A DNA stretch of 64,000 nucleotides from an uncultured Candidatus Bathyarchaeia archaeon. GTDB taxonomy: Archaea; Thermoproteota; Bathyarchaeia; RBG-16-48-13; GCA-020345945. The stretch lies in contig CAZQWG010000009.1 of assembly GCA_964596985.1 (NCBI GenBank), forward strand, positions 28,799 to 92,798, given 5' to 3'. This document shows, piece by piece, positions 54,716 through 64,000 of this stretch (positions are counted from its first letter, which is position 1; each line of letters begins with the position of its first letter). Below the pieces are notes generated by a model. It searched no databases, was not told the origin of the DNA, and was given only the letters and a program-made list of their open reading frames with translations. The position numbers were made by a program, and so were the translations under genes.

Positions 54716-55381
54716 ATGAGGATACTCGTCGCATCCGACCTTCACGGCTCAGAAAAGGCGGCTGCTGGGATTCACAAGAAATCTCTGGAACGTAAGGTAA
54801 ATCTTGTTGTGATCTGTGGTGATATCACCCATTTCGGTAGCGTGAGCCAAGCTATCCAATTGCTGCGGAAAACCTCTGTCCCCAACATCCCTCTTCTCTT
54901 CGTTCCCGGGAACTGCGATAGTCCTGATCTGGCCGCTCTCGCCGATCTGGAGGGAATACATAATATTCACGGCCGTTCCCGGATAATGGATGGCGTATGT
55001 TTCGGGGGAGTCGGAGGGTCGCCCCCTTCCCCATTTGACACCCCATTTGAGCTAAGCGAGGAGGAGATTCGTAGCGTACTCGACGGAATATCGTTCGAGT
55101 CTACGACCTGTTCGTGGCGTGTCATGGTGTCTCACCCCCCTCCTCTCGACACGTCTCTCGATATAACTAGTTTCGGGCTTCACGTGGGCAGCAAGTCCGT
55201 TAGGGAGTTTATTCAAACGGTGCAACCCGACCTGATTCTCTGTGGTCACATACACGAGTCGATGGGGAAAGACAGCCTCAACGGATCTGTGATGGTGAAT
55301 CCTGGGTCGGCTCGTCACGGTTTTTTCGTAGTCGTTACACTTGGCGAGGAGATACGTGTTCTATTTGAAAAATTCCTGTGA
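54716..55381 (+). CDS. Calcineurin-like metallophosphoesterase
   Basis: MRILVASDLHGS, ICGDITHFG, PGNCD and CGHIHE. Confidence 0.78.
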   Translation: MRILVASDLHGSEKAAAGIHKKSLERKVNLVVICGDITHFGSVSQAIQLLRKTSVPNIPLLFVPGNCDSPDLAALADLEGIHNIHGRSRIMDGVCFGGVGGSPPSPFDTPFELSEEEIRSVLDGISFESTTCSWRVMVSHPPPLDTSLDITSFGLHVGSKSVREFIQTVQPDLILCGHIHESMGKDSLNGSVMVNPGSARHGFFVVVTLGEEIRVLFEKFL

Positions 55382-55463
55382 ACCCTAGATAGGAGGGAAC
55401 GCTTTACCTCTTTATCTACGGAAAAGAATAAAGGTGGGATGCTGTGCTACGTAGACTGCTTGG

Positions 55464-56240
55464 GTGTGTCAACGCTTGGCAGTCAAGAAAGACGATTTCA
55501 TTCTGATCGATTATGTAGGGCGGGTCAAACAGACAGGCGACCTCTTTGACACAACACTAGAAGATGTAGCGAAAACCGAGAACGCGTTTAGGGAGAATAC
55601 GCTGTACGAGCCTATGCTCATAGTTGTAGGTGAGGGATGGGTTGTCGAGGGCCTTGACGAGAAGCTTGTAGGCCTTGGACCAGAGAAACCCACAGCCATT
55701 GAGATCCCTCCGGAGAAGGCTTTCGGTCCCAGGGACCCCAGTAAGATCAGATCCATTCCTCTGAGGCGTCTTCGTAGCCAGAAGATCACCCCTATCCCCG
55801 GAATGCAGATCGAACTGGACGGAAGACTGGCTGTGGTCAGGTCAGTAGGAGCCGGCCGAGTCCAGGTCGACTTCAATCCATCACTCGCAGGGAAGACCCT
55901 GGTATACGAGGTGACCGTTAGAAAGATGCTTGCCGGAAAAGACGAAAGGATGGCAGCTCTACTTCACCGAAGATTTCCAACCATAGATCAAACAGGGTTT
56001 GGAATCAAGACCACGAAGAGAAAGGTCTCAATCACGATACCTGAAGAAGCCTTCCTCTTGGAAGGCATTCAATACGCCAAACAAGGTTTCTTAATGGATT
56101 TGAGGAAGTTCTTTCCGCAATTCAAAGAACTCGTCTTTCAGGAGACTCACAAAATCGAAGAGAAGAAAGCTGAAGAGCCTACCCAAGAGAAGCAGGCTGA
56201 AGACGAGCCTAGTGAACAATCCGGCGGAGAAGGACAATAG
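55464..56240 (+). CDS. FKBP-type peptidyl-prolyl cis-trans isomerase (long archaeal type) with acidic tail
   Basis: DFILIDYVGRVKQTGDLFDTT, an IF-insert-like region and a C-terminal domain. The start may be TTG 55476. Confidence 0.8.
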   Translation: MCQRLAVKKDDFILIDYVGRVKQTGDLFDTTLEDVAKTENAFRENTLYEPMLIVVGEGWVVEGLDEKLVGLGPEKPTAIEIPPEKAFGPRDPSKIRSIPLRRLRSQKITPIPGMQIELDGRLAVVRSVGAGRVQVDFNPSLAGKTLVYEVTVRKMLAGKDERMAALLHRRFPTIDQTGFGIKTTKRKVSITIPEEAFLLEGIQYAKQGFLMDLRKFFPQFKELVFQETHKIEEKKAEEPTQEKQAEDEPSEQSGGEGQ

Positions 56241-56667
56241 CCAGAGTCTTCTCGGTGTCGAGTAGACACTCGATTCTTCCCATACTCTCAACTATCTTGC
56301 ACTTATCTCCTGTCTCTAAACCCCTCGGGTGGCACAGGTCATGGTTCGTACACTCGGGATGCCCACATTTTCTTGAGTCGAAGACGACGACCGCGCCTTC
56401 GAACACCGATTTGGACGGGATAGTTGTCCTGATTGTTGCCTCCTGTACCTCCACCACTTGGGCACCGTCTTCGTGCAGAAGACAAGGCAATTGCTGTTCT
56501 CTCACCTTAATAACCTCGTAGACGCGGTTCGGTTCAAGTTTCTCTACGCAGACCCTGCAGAACCTGCATTCATCGCATTTCTCCGGCTTTCCTTTGTGGA
56601 GGAAAACGAATCCCTCTCTCGCCTGTCGTTTTCCGACTATCGTGATCGTATGTTGTGTCTCCCTCAA
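56209..56667 (-). CDS. UPF0179-family Cys-rich protein
   Basis: ITIVGKRQAREGFVFLHKGKPEKCDECRFCRVCVEKLEPNRVYEV...CLLHEDGAQVVEV...CGHPECTNHDLCHPRGL. Confidence 0.65.
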   Translation of the reverse strand: MRETQHTITIVGKRQAREGFVFLHKGKPEKCDECRFCRVCVEKLEPNRVYEVIKVREQQLPCLLHEDGAQVVEVQEATIRTTIPSKSVFEGAVVVFDSRKCGHPECTNHDLCHPRGLETGDKCKIVESMGRIECLLDTEKTLAIVLLRRIVH

Positions 56668-56874
56668 CTCGCTTCTCTCTTCTCCTTTCTTGTTTCCGAC
56701 GTGCAGTCAGCCTCGGAGGAGCAATAGTTTCCAGCCCTCCTTAAGGGCGTATCTCTCTGGGTGTTCACGAAACGTTTTTAAGTCCGCTTCATTGAGGTAG
56801 ATCTGCTGCCTAGTTCTCTAGGCGTATGAGTATTCAGTGTCTTTTCTCCGTGACCTTTCTGGAGGACTTATCAC

Positions 56875-57528
56875 TTGAATAGTACCCAGTCCGATTCTAG
56901 ACGGTTAGGCATGACGCTTAAAGGAACAACCACCGTAGGTGTGGTCTGCAAAGATGGGGTGGTGTTGGCAACCGACACTCGAGCGACCGCAGGGTTCTTT
57001 GTCGCACATAAACAGGCCAAGAAGGTCTTTCCTATCGCGGATCATGTTGCCATGACAATTGCAGGCTTGGTTGCGGACTGCCAGACTATGTACGATGTTT
57101 TGAAGGCAAATGTAAACCTGTTCAGACTGGAGACGAGAAACCTTATGCCAGTTTCAAGCGTCGCTCGTCTAGCCGCGAATATCCTCTTCTACTCTCGTTC
57201 TGCTCCCATACAGATGCAGGCGATCGTTGGAGGGGTTGACTCGACGGGTCCTCGAATGTTCGCCCTTGACCCATATGGGACGTTGACCGAAGAAACTTCC
57301 TTCTCGACGGGTTCTGGTTCGCCGATCGCGCTCGGCGTCTTGGAAAGCGATTTCCGTGAGGATAACCCAGTCGGCAAGAATGTTCCTGTGGTGGTGCGGG
57401 CTATTCGTTCGGCTATGAGCCGGGATATCGGTACTGGTGATAGCTTTGACGTGGCAATCGTGGATGAAGCAGGTTATCGTGAGCTCTCAACTGAAGAGAA
57501 GGAGAGCCTACTAAAGGAGACCGCCTGA
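56875..57528 (+). CDS. psmB: Proteasome subunit beta (copy 2)
   Basis: The propeptide is followed by TTTVGVVCKDGVVLATDTRATAG and later GSGSPIALGVLE. GGAGGA lies ~10 nt before TTG 56875. Confidence 0.88.
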   Translation: MNSTQSDSRRLGMTLKGTTTVGVVCKDGVVLATDTRATAGFFVAHKQAKKVFPIADHVAMTIAGLVADCQTMYDVLKANVNLFRLETRNLMPVSSVARLAANILFYSRSAPIQMQAIVGGVDSTGPRMFALDPYGTLTEETSFSTGSGSPIALGVLESDFREDNPVGKNVPVVVRAIRSAMSRDIGTGDSFDVAIVDEAGYRELSTEEKESLLKETA

Positions 57529-57562
57529 CCTCTCGTGTAACTGTTGGAACGTTGTGTTGTAG

Positions 57563-59482
57563 TTGCCGCTGCTTTTAAATGAGACACAAGCAAAGATCAG
57601 AGACTCTATTCTCCGATATGTTCCAAAGGAGGCGGAGATTACCCGGATAGAGTTCGAGGGTCCCCGGATCGCGGTCTACACGAGAAAACCGGAGATCTTA
57701 GTGGATCAAAGCTACATCGTCCGGGACATCGTCGGGTTGATCCGGAAACGTTTGGTCGTTCGCTCTGATCCTTCTGTACGGCTTTCAGAATCTGAGACCG
57801 AGAAGATCGTCCGTAAGAACGTACCAGCAGAGGCTGAGATCACAGGTGTCAATTTCGACCCTACGATCGGCGAGGTAATCATAGAGGCGAAGAAACCGGG
57901 TCTAGTCATCGGAAAGGAAGGCGTCGTCTTGCAGGAGATGACGAAGGCGACACGCTGGAGACCAAGGGTTCTGAGAACACCGCCAATCTCCTCCAAGATA
58001 ATCGCCAACGTGAGACACTATATGCGTTCCGAGGCAAAAGAGAGGGAAAGGTTCCTTCGAGCCGTAGGCGAACGCATCTTTCGCCCTCAGATATTCGATG
58101 GGGGTGAGATCCGTTTAATCACGCTTGGCGGTTTTCGTCAGGTAGGGCGATCTGCAATTCTACTTAGAACAAAGGAGAGCCTGGTCCTGCTGGATTGCGG
58201 CGTGAATCCAGGTGCAAAGAAACCCTCGGATACCTTCCCGAAACTGGGTTCTGCAGAGCTGGATTTCGACCTTCTTGACGCCGTGGTGATATCGCATGCG
58301 CATCTGGATCACTGCGGGGCCCTTCCTCTCCTCTACAAGTACGGATACGACGGTCCGGTGTACTGCTCCGAACCCACGTTAAATCTGATGACGCTCCTTC
58401 AACTTGACTACCTAGATGTTCTCCGCAAGGAAGGGCTATTCCTCCCCTTCTCACAGAAGGATGTGAGGGAGACGGTTCTTCATACCATCCCCCTAGAGTT
58501 CGGGGTTGTGACCGATATAACACCCGATATGAGGCTCACCCTCCACAACGCGGGACACATACTCGGATCGTCGGTAGTTCACATCCATGTAGGAGAGGGG
58601 GAACACAACCTAGTCTACACAGGGGACTTCAAGTACGCTAGAACGATGCTTCTCGAGCCTGCAGCAACCAACTTTCCCCGAGTCGAGACATTGATCACCG
58701 AGAGCACCTACGGTGCCCAGAAGGACCTGATGCCTAGTAGAAAGATCGTCGAAGGGAAACTTGTAACTACGGTGAACCAAACCTTAGAGAAGAACGGGAA
58801 AGTATTGTTCCCTGTTCTAGCTGTTGGAAGAGCCCAAGAGGTGATGTTAATCCTCGACGCCTACATGCAGCAGGGTCTGCTGAAGGAAGTACCAGTCTTC
58901 ATTGAAGGAATGATATCCGAAGTAACCGCGATTCACACGGCCTACCCTGACTACCTCTCCCGAGACATAAGGGACCAGATCCTTCATCGGGATCTCAACC
59001 CATTCGAATCAGAGTTCTTCACCATAGTGCAGACACCTTCGGCTCGACAGGAAGCTCTTGAAGGCGGACCATGCATAATCCTCGCGACCTCCGGCATGTT
59101 GGAGGGCGGACCTGTCCTGGAATACTTCAAGAACCTTGCTGGAGATTCAAGAAACTCGTTGGTCTTTGTGAGCTATCAGATCGACGGCACCCTTGGACGA
59201 AGGATACAGAGGGGGCTCGGAGAGGTTCCGATAATGAGGGAGAACAACAGACTCGGCATGGTGAAGGTGGATATGAGGGTTGACTCGGTTGATGGGCTTT
59301 CGGGTCACTCAGACAGAAACCAGATATTCAACTACATCCGCCGTATTTCCCCGAAACCAGAGCGAGTAATCGTCTGCCACGGAGAACGATCGAAGTGTCT
59401 AGGACTAGCCTCTGCCCTTCACAGAGTCAACAGGATAAACAGTTCAGCCCCCGAAAATCTCGAGTCTCTCAGGCTAAAGTAG
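57563..59482 (+). CDS. aCPSF1/FttA-type KH + beta-CASP ribonuclease (archaeal transcription termination factor family)
   Basis: 639 aa. Two N-terminal KH-like repeats (ITRIEFEGPRIAVYT; ITGVNFDPTIGEVIIEA), the MBL motif HAHLDHCGALP and a beta-CASP C-terminus (LSGHSD). Confidence 0.9.
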   Translation: MPLLLNETQAKIRDSILRYVPKEAEITRIEFEGPRIAVYTRKPEILVDQSYIVRDIVGLIRKRLVVRSDPSVRLSESETEKIVRKNVPAEAEITGVNFDPTIGEVIIEAKKPGLVIGKEGVVLQEMTKATRWRPRVLRTPPISSKIIANVRHYMRSEAKERERFLRAVGERIFRPQIFDGGEIRLITLGGFRQVGRSAILLRTKESLVLLDCGVNPGAKKPSDTFPKLGSAELDFDLLDAVVISHAHLDHCGALPLLYKYGYDGPVYCSEPTLNLMTLLQLDYLDVLRKEGLFLPFSQKDVRETVLHTIPLEFGVVTDITPDMRLTLHNAGHILGSSVVHIHVGEGEHNLVYTGDFKYARTMLLEPAATNFPRVETLITESTYGAQKDLMPSRKIVEGKLVTTVNQTLEKNGKVLFPVLAVGRAQEVMLILDAYMQQGLLKEVPVFIEGMISEVTAIHTAYPDYLSRDIRDQILHRDLNPFESEFFTIVQTPSARQEALEGGPCIILATSGMLEGGPVLEYFKNLAGDSRNSLVFVSYQIDGTLGRRIQRGLGEVPIMRENNRLGMVKVDMRVDSVDGLSGHSDRNQIFNYIRRISPKPERVIVCHGERSKCLGLASALHRVNRINSSAPENLESLRLK

Positions 59483-59590
59483 AAGGTGTCTGAGGCGGAA
59501 GATGATTCCTTTACTTATCCAATTCTTGGATGTCGCTCAATCCACCCTTCGCTCGATCTCAGAATACCTCTACCGTTTCAGGCACGCAAC

Positions 59591-60136
59591 CTAGAGGAAT
59601 TCCTGCCAAGCGTCGTCGCCGACGAAATGCATGTTCCTTACTACCTTTCCTTTCCGCTGTGCCTCCATCTTGTCTGATCCTATGAGAGCACTGCCGACAG
59701 CCAACGCCTTACGGAACCGCTCCTCTCGAACAACAACTAATTCTCCTTGGGAGAATTCTCCTTCGATTCCCCTGACGCCTGGTGCCATGACGTCGGCTCC
59801 ACTACATACAAAGGGGACAGCTCCTTGATCCACCACGACCGAAGGAAGTTGTCTGAGGGTCTCCTTATTGAGAAGGCTAGGCACCATCTTGCCTTCCTTT
59901 TCAATGAAAAGAGGATTCCCGTCGACGAAGAAGATGTTTACCCTCCTCAACCTTATGACCTCCATCCTCACCCCTTTTCTGACTGAATCATGTAGCGTGC
60001 CTCCGAGGGCTTCCCGAATCCTCTCAAGAACTTCTTTCGCCCTTTTTCGGTCGATTGTTGTCTTCTTTGGGACCCCTTTCACTCCCAAGCGTTCTACCTC
60101 GCTGAAAGCAATAACCCTCCTCAGCTTTATGAACAT
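59591..60136 (-). CDS. PUA-domain RNA-binding protein (pre-PUA + PUA)
   Basis: LPSVVVDQGAVPFVCSGADVMAPGV...GELVVVREE...ALAVGSALIGSDKM. I prefer the internal ATG (MFIKLRR). Confidence 0.7.
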   Translation of the reverse strand: MFIKLRRVIAFSEVERLGVKGVPKKTTIDRKRAKEVLERIREALGGTLHDSVRKGVRMEVIRLRRVNIFFVDGNPLFIEKEGKMVPSLLNKETLRQLPSVVVDQGAVPFVCSGADVMAPGVRGIEGEFSQGELVVVREERFRKALAVGSALIGSDKMEAQRKGKVVRNMHFVGDDAWQEFL

Positions 60137-60368
60137 AGGGTAACGATCGAGAGGTCTACCGCTTCTATCATTGGGCTGGATACTAAAGGTCAGCTCAACT
60201 GCATTATAGTGATGAAGCAATATTCTTCTACGTCTTTGAAAACTCGTTTTTCATCCTAAGAATGTTATCAGAGTGAAGACTCCCCATCTTTCATACATAG
60301 TTTTATAAACCTCTTGCTGAAGCGTTATAGACATACGCCGACAAATTCAACAAAGAGGGAATAGTGCT

Positions 60369-60665
60369 ATGGAAGATGCAAAATCCACTAAGAAGCAGAA
60401 TCAGGACAACACTGTCTTCATAGGTCGAAAGCCGACCATGAGCTACGTACTCGCATGTATGACCTTGTTTCAACGTGACTCAACCGAAGTGACGCTGAAG
60501 GCACGTGGCCGGGCGATCAACACCGCCGTTGATGTCGCAGAGATAATGCGAAACAGGTTCATGACCGACCTAAAGGTGAAAGATATACAGATAGGGACCG
60601 ATGTGGTTCCACGACCCGAAGGACAGAGCAACGTAAGCACGATCGAGATAACCCTGGCAAAGTAG
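60369..60665 (+). CDS. albA: DNA/RNA-binding protein Alba
   Basis: NTVFIGRKPTMSYVLACMTLF...VTLKARGRAINTAVDVAEIMRNRF...VSTIEITLAK. Confidence 0.9.
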   Translation: MEDAKSTKKQNQDNTVFIGRKPTMSYVLACMTLFQRDSTEVTLKARGRAINTAVDVAEIMRNRFMTDLKVKDIQIGTDVVPRPEGQSNVSTIEITLAK

Positions 60666-60864
60666 TTTCTTACCTTCGCGGGTCGAGACGGTAATATCGC
60701 AGCCTAGAATTCGTCCTCCGCCTTCGGAATATGAAAGACCCTAATTCCATTTCCATCAATATTCTAACCCGATACGACCCACAACCAAACCCTTAAAGAA
60801 GCGCAGAAAATCAAATAGAGCCCGGATACCGCTCAATACACGACATCAAAGGGAACGGGTCGAA

Positions 60865-61095
60865 ATGACCAACGACATGACCACGAAGATGCTGGAAAAC
60901 AGCCTCGACAAAACCGTACTACTACGGCTCAAAGGAAACCGAAGCATTCGCGGGATACTCAAGGGTCATGACGCTCACATGAACATCCTCCTCCAGGACG
61001 CGGAGGATATTTCCAATCCTGACGGTATTCAGAAGCTTGGGACGATCATCGTTAGAGGGGACAACTTGATTCTTCTTTCTCCTGCTTCAGGTTAG
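60865..61095 (+). CDS. Sm-like protein (LSm/SmAP1)
   Basis: Sm1 motif [30 protein letters not shown] and Sm2 motif [13 protein letters not shown]. It forms the classic LSm-L37e gene pair. Confidence 0.87.
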   Translation: MTNDMTTKMLENSLDKTVLLRLKGNRSIRGILKGHDAHMNILLQDAEDISNPDGIQKLGTIIVRGDNLILLSPASG

Positions 61096-61106
61096 GGGTG
61101 TTCTGC

Positions 61107-61295
61107 TTGACTAAAGGTACGGCTTCTAAGGGTAAGCGGGGCAAGACTATCCACATTCGGTGTCGTCGTTGTGGGCGGCGGTCATACCATGTGAGACATA
61201 AACGTTGTTCTGCTTGTGGGTACGGTGCCTCAAGTAGGATTCGCGGCTACAGTTGGACAAGCAAGAAAGTCGATCGGACCCGACGGATAATCTGA
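61107..61295 (+). CDS. rpl37e: 50S ribosomal protein L37e (eL37)
   Basis: [45 protein letters not shown] lies 6 nt before TTG 61107. The track start is GTG 61098. Confidence 0.88.
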   Translation: MTKGTASKGKRGKTIHIRCRRCGRRSYHVRHKRCSACGYGASSRIRGYSWTSKKVDRTRRII

Positions 61296-61318
61296 AGCCA
61301 CGATCACAGCATCACCCA

Positions 61319-61365
61319 CTGTCAACATCGGTAGCTTGACAGAGTCAAGGATCTTCCACTTGACT
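61319..61365 (+). terminator. Two adjacent 7-bp hairpins downstream of rpl37e; possible terminator or protein-binding array
   Basis: CTGTCAA-N10-TTGACAG is followed immediately by AGTCAAG-N9-CTTGACT. T-rich tracts follow 20-45 nt downstream. Confidence 0.3.
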
Positions 61366-61633
61366 GAAAGATTTAACAGAACCAGTTTTACAAGCTTTTC
61401 TCTCTTGTCCCCGGTGTTAACCGTGACTACTGTACCAGAAGGTGGGCGCTGTATTCCTTGATCTTCAGTGCTCGCATTGTCTTCTACGTGCGTGAAGCTG
61501 GGAATTCTTGAGCCGATTATTCGCCGTTCGATTTCGTGTGCAACAAAGGGGATGGTGGTAGTGTCTACGCTTGAACTTACGGAGAATAGACGGCAGTTAT
61601 GGTGTTTGTCTTATCTCGTTGCTGCCTCGATCG

Positions 61634-62371
61634 TCATCTCTTGAAACTTCTTACCTTCTTCTCTGGTTCTCCGATTAGCTTCAGGCCTACCGAGATACTC
61701 TCGGTGTCGATACGGATCACCGAATAGTTCTGGCCTGGCATTCCTCTGATTCTTGGTGATCCTACGGTTCCAGCGTGAACAATAGCGGTATTCTCTATCT
61801 CCCAAGTCCACGATACGTGGCGGTGACCGCTGAGAACAAGTTTCACTTCATCCTCGATCAGCATCCTCAGGGTGTCTCCTGCATCGATCAGTATGTTCCT
61901 CTCCCTCCCTGCATTCGGTATTGGGACAAGGTGATGGTGAAGAGCAAATATCTTCACCTTTTCTTTCGGCGCAGAAGCTAACGATTCATGAATACTCCTG
62001 AGGAATACTCGTCCTATGTGTCCTTCATCGACGTCAGGTGAACTGCTATCCACTCCGATCAGAAAGACTCTGTCATCTTCGTGAATCGCCATTCTTTCGC
62101 CGAAGTGGTCTTCAAAAGCCTCGTATCCAACATTCCTCGCATCGTGATTCCCCATGATGACTATCGGCTTCGGTTCCAGTTTGTCTATGAAGTCCCTTGC
62201 TTGGTGGAACTCTTCCGGTAACCCGCCCCACGTCAGATCTCCAGTAATTATCACAGTGTCCGGTGAGAGCTTGTTGACTTCCCTGACGCATTCCAGCACC
62301 TTTTCCTTCCTGAAGCCAGCCTCTCCAACATGAATATCGGAGAGATGTGCGATGACGTATTCCCATCCCAT
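61634..62371 (-). CDS. Calcineurin-like metallophosphoesterase
   Basis: IAHLSDIHVGE, ITGDLTWGG, GNHD, HHH and SGHRH. I prefer the internal ATG (MGWEY). Confidence 0.78.
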   Translation of the reverse strand: MGWEYVIAHLSDIHVGEAGFRKEKVLECVREVNKLSPDTVIITGDLTWGGLPEEFHQARDFIDKLEPKPIVIMGNHDARNVGYEAFEDHFGERMAIHEDDRVFLIGVDSSSPDVDEGHIGRVFLRSIHESLASAPKEKVKIFALHHHLVPIPNAGRERNILIDAGDTLRMLIEDEVKLVLSGHRHVSWTWEIENTAIVHAGTVGSPRIRGMPGQNYSVIRIDTESISVGLKLIGEPEKKVRSFKR

Positions 62372-62608
62372 CGTTTTGCACTCTCTAAGCATTCACTGGG
62401 ATTAACGAAGTTAAATAAAATTCCTTTCTGCCCATACCTTTCGAAGGCATTAGATGACGGGGTGTAAACGAATCCTAAGTGTTTGTCAAGAAGTCCCTAT
62501 CTACACTCGAATACAGTACAAGAATCGAGAGACTATCTGACTATGCGCTTACCGAATTCAGGGAAGAAACCGATTTAAGAGACTCTCGGTATGTTTGCTC
62601 CGTGCCAA

Positions 62609-62681
62609 GGGCCGGTGGCGCAGTGGAATGCGCGCTGCGTTGGCATCGCAGAGGCCGCGGGTTCGAATCCCGCCCGGTCCA
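62609..62681 (+). tRNA. tRNA-Ala (anticodon GGC)
   Basis: Manual fold: acceptor GGGCCGG/CCGGTCC with the G3:U70 alanine identity pair, D arm GCGC-AGTGGAAT-GCGC, anticodon arm CTGCG-TTGGCAT-CGCAG, T arm GCGGG-TTCGAAT-CCCGC. CCA is not encoded. Confidence 0.92.
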
Positions 62682-62869
62682 CCTCTATCTGCCAACCGTA
62701 GAAGATTCTCGTTGCTCTTTCCTCGCTCGGTGCTGGCGAGGTTGCTTAGAGCGGGTCTTTTGAGGACTCTTGCTTGACCGAACTCTTACTTGCCTTCTAA
62801 CCCTTCTTCGAATAAAGGATAAGGAGTCGGGTCTTACCTAGAAGGCGCAGGCGGCAAGTCATCTTTAGG

Positions 62870-63664
62870 GTGAAGGATTTGAAGGAGATGTTGCTGGGAA
62901 AGGAAGCCCTCGTCACTGGCGGAGGGAGGGGAATCGGTCGCGGGATCTGCCTTGCCTTGGCTGAGGCTGGTGCAGATGTGGTTGTATCCGATGTTATCTT
63001 GAAGAATGCCGAAAGCGTGGTGGATGAGATTAAAGACCTGGGTCGTGAGGCTTTCTCGGTTCGGATGGACGTTTCTGACTCTAGTAGCGTGGAAGCGGCG
63101 GTCGGCTGTGTCTTAGACGAGTTCGGCAGAATTGACATCTTGGTTAATAATGCAGGAGTAATACGGCAAGCCCCTATTCTCGAACTGACTGAGGAGGACT
63201 GGGATCTTGTGATCGGTGTGAACGCGAAAGGGATATTCCTCTGCTCAAGAGCTGTGGTCCCTCAAATGATCGAGAGGAAGAGTGGAAGAATAATCAACAT
63301 ATCCTCGATCTCCGGAAAGAACGGGTATCCGGGTCAAGCCGTGTATGGGACCTCCAAGTTTGCAGCGGTCGGTTTGACCCAGGTCTTGGCGCGAGAGCTT
63401 GCCCAGTACGATATCACTGTGAATGCGGTGTGCCCAGGAATCGTCTACACTAAGATGTGGGAGTACCTGTCCTCGCTGCGTGCGAAGGAATTCGATATGA
63501 CCCCTGAGGAGGTATTCAGGAAGATCTCGACAGAGCGTATTCCGTTAGGGCGACCTCAGACTCCTGCGGACATAGGCAGCCTCGTCGTTTTCTTGGCGTC
63601 TGAGAAGGCGAGGAACATCACTGGACAATCGATAAATGTCGACGGTGGACTTGTAATGCATTGA
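62870..63664 (+). CDS. SDR-family oxidoreductase (FabG-like)
   Basis: ALVTGGGRGIGRGI, NNAG, NISSISG and YGTSKFA. The start may be ATG 62888. Confidence 0.85.
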   Translation: MKDLKEMLLGKEALVTGGGRGIGRGICLALAEAGADVVVSDVILKNAESVVDEIKDLGREAFSVRMDVSDSSSVEAAVGCVLDEFGRIDILVNNAGVIRQAPILELTEEDWDLVIGVNAKGIFLCSRAVVPQMIERKSGRIINISSISGKNGYPGQAVYGTSKFAAVGLTQVLARELAQYDITVNAVCPGIVYTKMWEYLSSLRAKEFDMTPEEVFRKISTERIPLGRPQTPADIGSLVVFLASEKARNITGQSINVDGGLVMH

Positions 63665-63758
63665 TATCTATCCCCTATCCTTGTTCGAGAAGGGGCGATA
63701 TTAATCTCGATCTCTTGGATTGTCTAGGTGGGGAGGTTGGTTCTCGTTGGATGAGGAG

Positions 63759-64000
63759 ATGAAGGTTGGACTCTACAGAAAGATGTTGAGGATACGTAGA
63801 TTCGAGGATAAGGTGGGTGAGTTGTTTGCCGCCGGGAGAATTCCTGGTTTTGTTCATCTGTACGTCGGAGAGGAGGCTGTTGCTGTGGGAGCTTGTGCGG
63901 CTCTCAGGAAGGGTGACTACATAACGAGCACTCATAGAGGTCACGGTCATTGTATCGCCAAGGGGGGTGACCTCAAGTACATGATGGCTGAACTCTTCGG
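63759..64000 (+). CDS. Thiamine-diphosphate-dependent 2-oxoacid dehydrogenase E1 alpha subunit (PDH/acetoin type); 3' end cut by window edge
   Basis: Not in the ORF track because it runs off the window. MKVGLYRKMLRIRRFEDKVGELFAAGRIPGFVHLYVGEEAVAVGACAALRKGDYITSTHRGHGHCIAKGGDLKYMMAELF is a textbook E1-alpha N-terminus. TTG 63747 or 63720 are alternative starts. Confidence 0.78.
   Translation, partial: MKVGLYRKMLRIRRFEDKVGELFAAGRIPGFVHLYVGEEAVAVGACAALRKGDYITSTHRGHGHCIAKGGDLKYMMAELF

Noticed and set aside
1-64000. Scan for CRISPR repeats, IS or transposase, integrase, toxin-antitoxin or known defence genes
   Set aside because: No regularly spaced direct repeats, no transposase- or integrase-like translations and no nuclease/helicase defence signatures were seen. 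The only long-range similarity is between the FGGY paralogues.

Overview
This is an archaeal chromosomal segment of about 49-50% GC, densely coded on both strands. I support about 70 CDS and 3 tRNA genes. I saw no rRNA, CRISPR array, transposase or integrase.

Most of the window is housekeeping:
- TFB paralogue, archaeosine TGT, aCPSF1 and aCPSF2 beta-CASP nucleases
- Ribosomal proteins eL38, eL40, uL16, eL37
- AspRS, a grpE-dnaK-dnaJ operon, TruD, Pth2, aEF-1beta, Cdc48, FEN1, Trm5 and Taw1
- Two proteasome beta subunits, Alba, two Sm proteins, HypC and HypD

eL38, a multi-intron tRNA, a split-style ArcTGT and an SmAP3-like protein point to a TACK/Thermoproteota-type lineage. DnaK suggests it is not an extreme hyperthermophile.

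Accessory parts:
- 1-7581: a compact, uncharacterised type IV filament (pilus-like) module. It has a 758-aa secretion ATPase with a Cys-rich N-terminal extension, two half-size T2SSF platform proteins (one missed by the ORF track), a probable A24 prepilin peptidase and five pilin-like ORFs.
- 32090-35792: an AbrB regulator with a MacB-like ABC exporter.
- 44792-52621: a sugar/polyol island with three FGGY kinases and two dehydrogenases.

Other observations worth a second look:
- A 140-nt tRNA-Lys(CUU) gene with three predicted introns.
- An Lrp/AsnC gene whose HTH domain lies in an open frame with no ATG/GTG/TTG start.
- A convergent, overlapping pair in which both flavin-cofactor enzymes (RibL and CTP-dependent riboflavin kinase) are fused to related wHTH domains.

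All calls come from reading the translations and the sequence. No database search was run.
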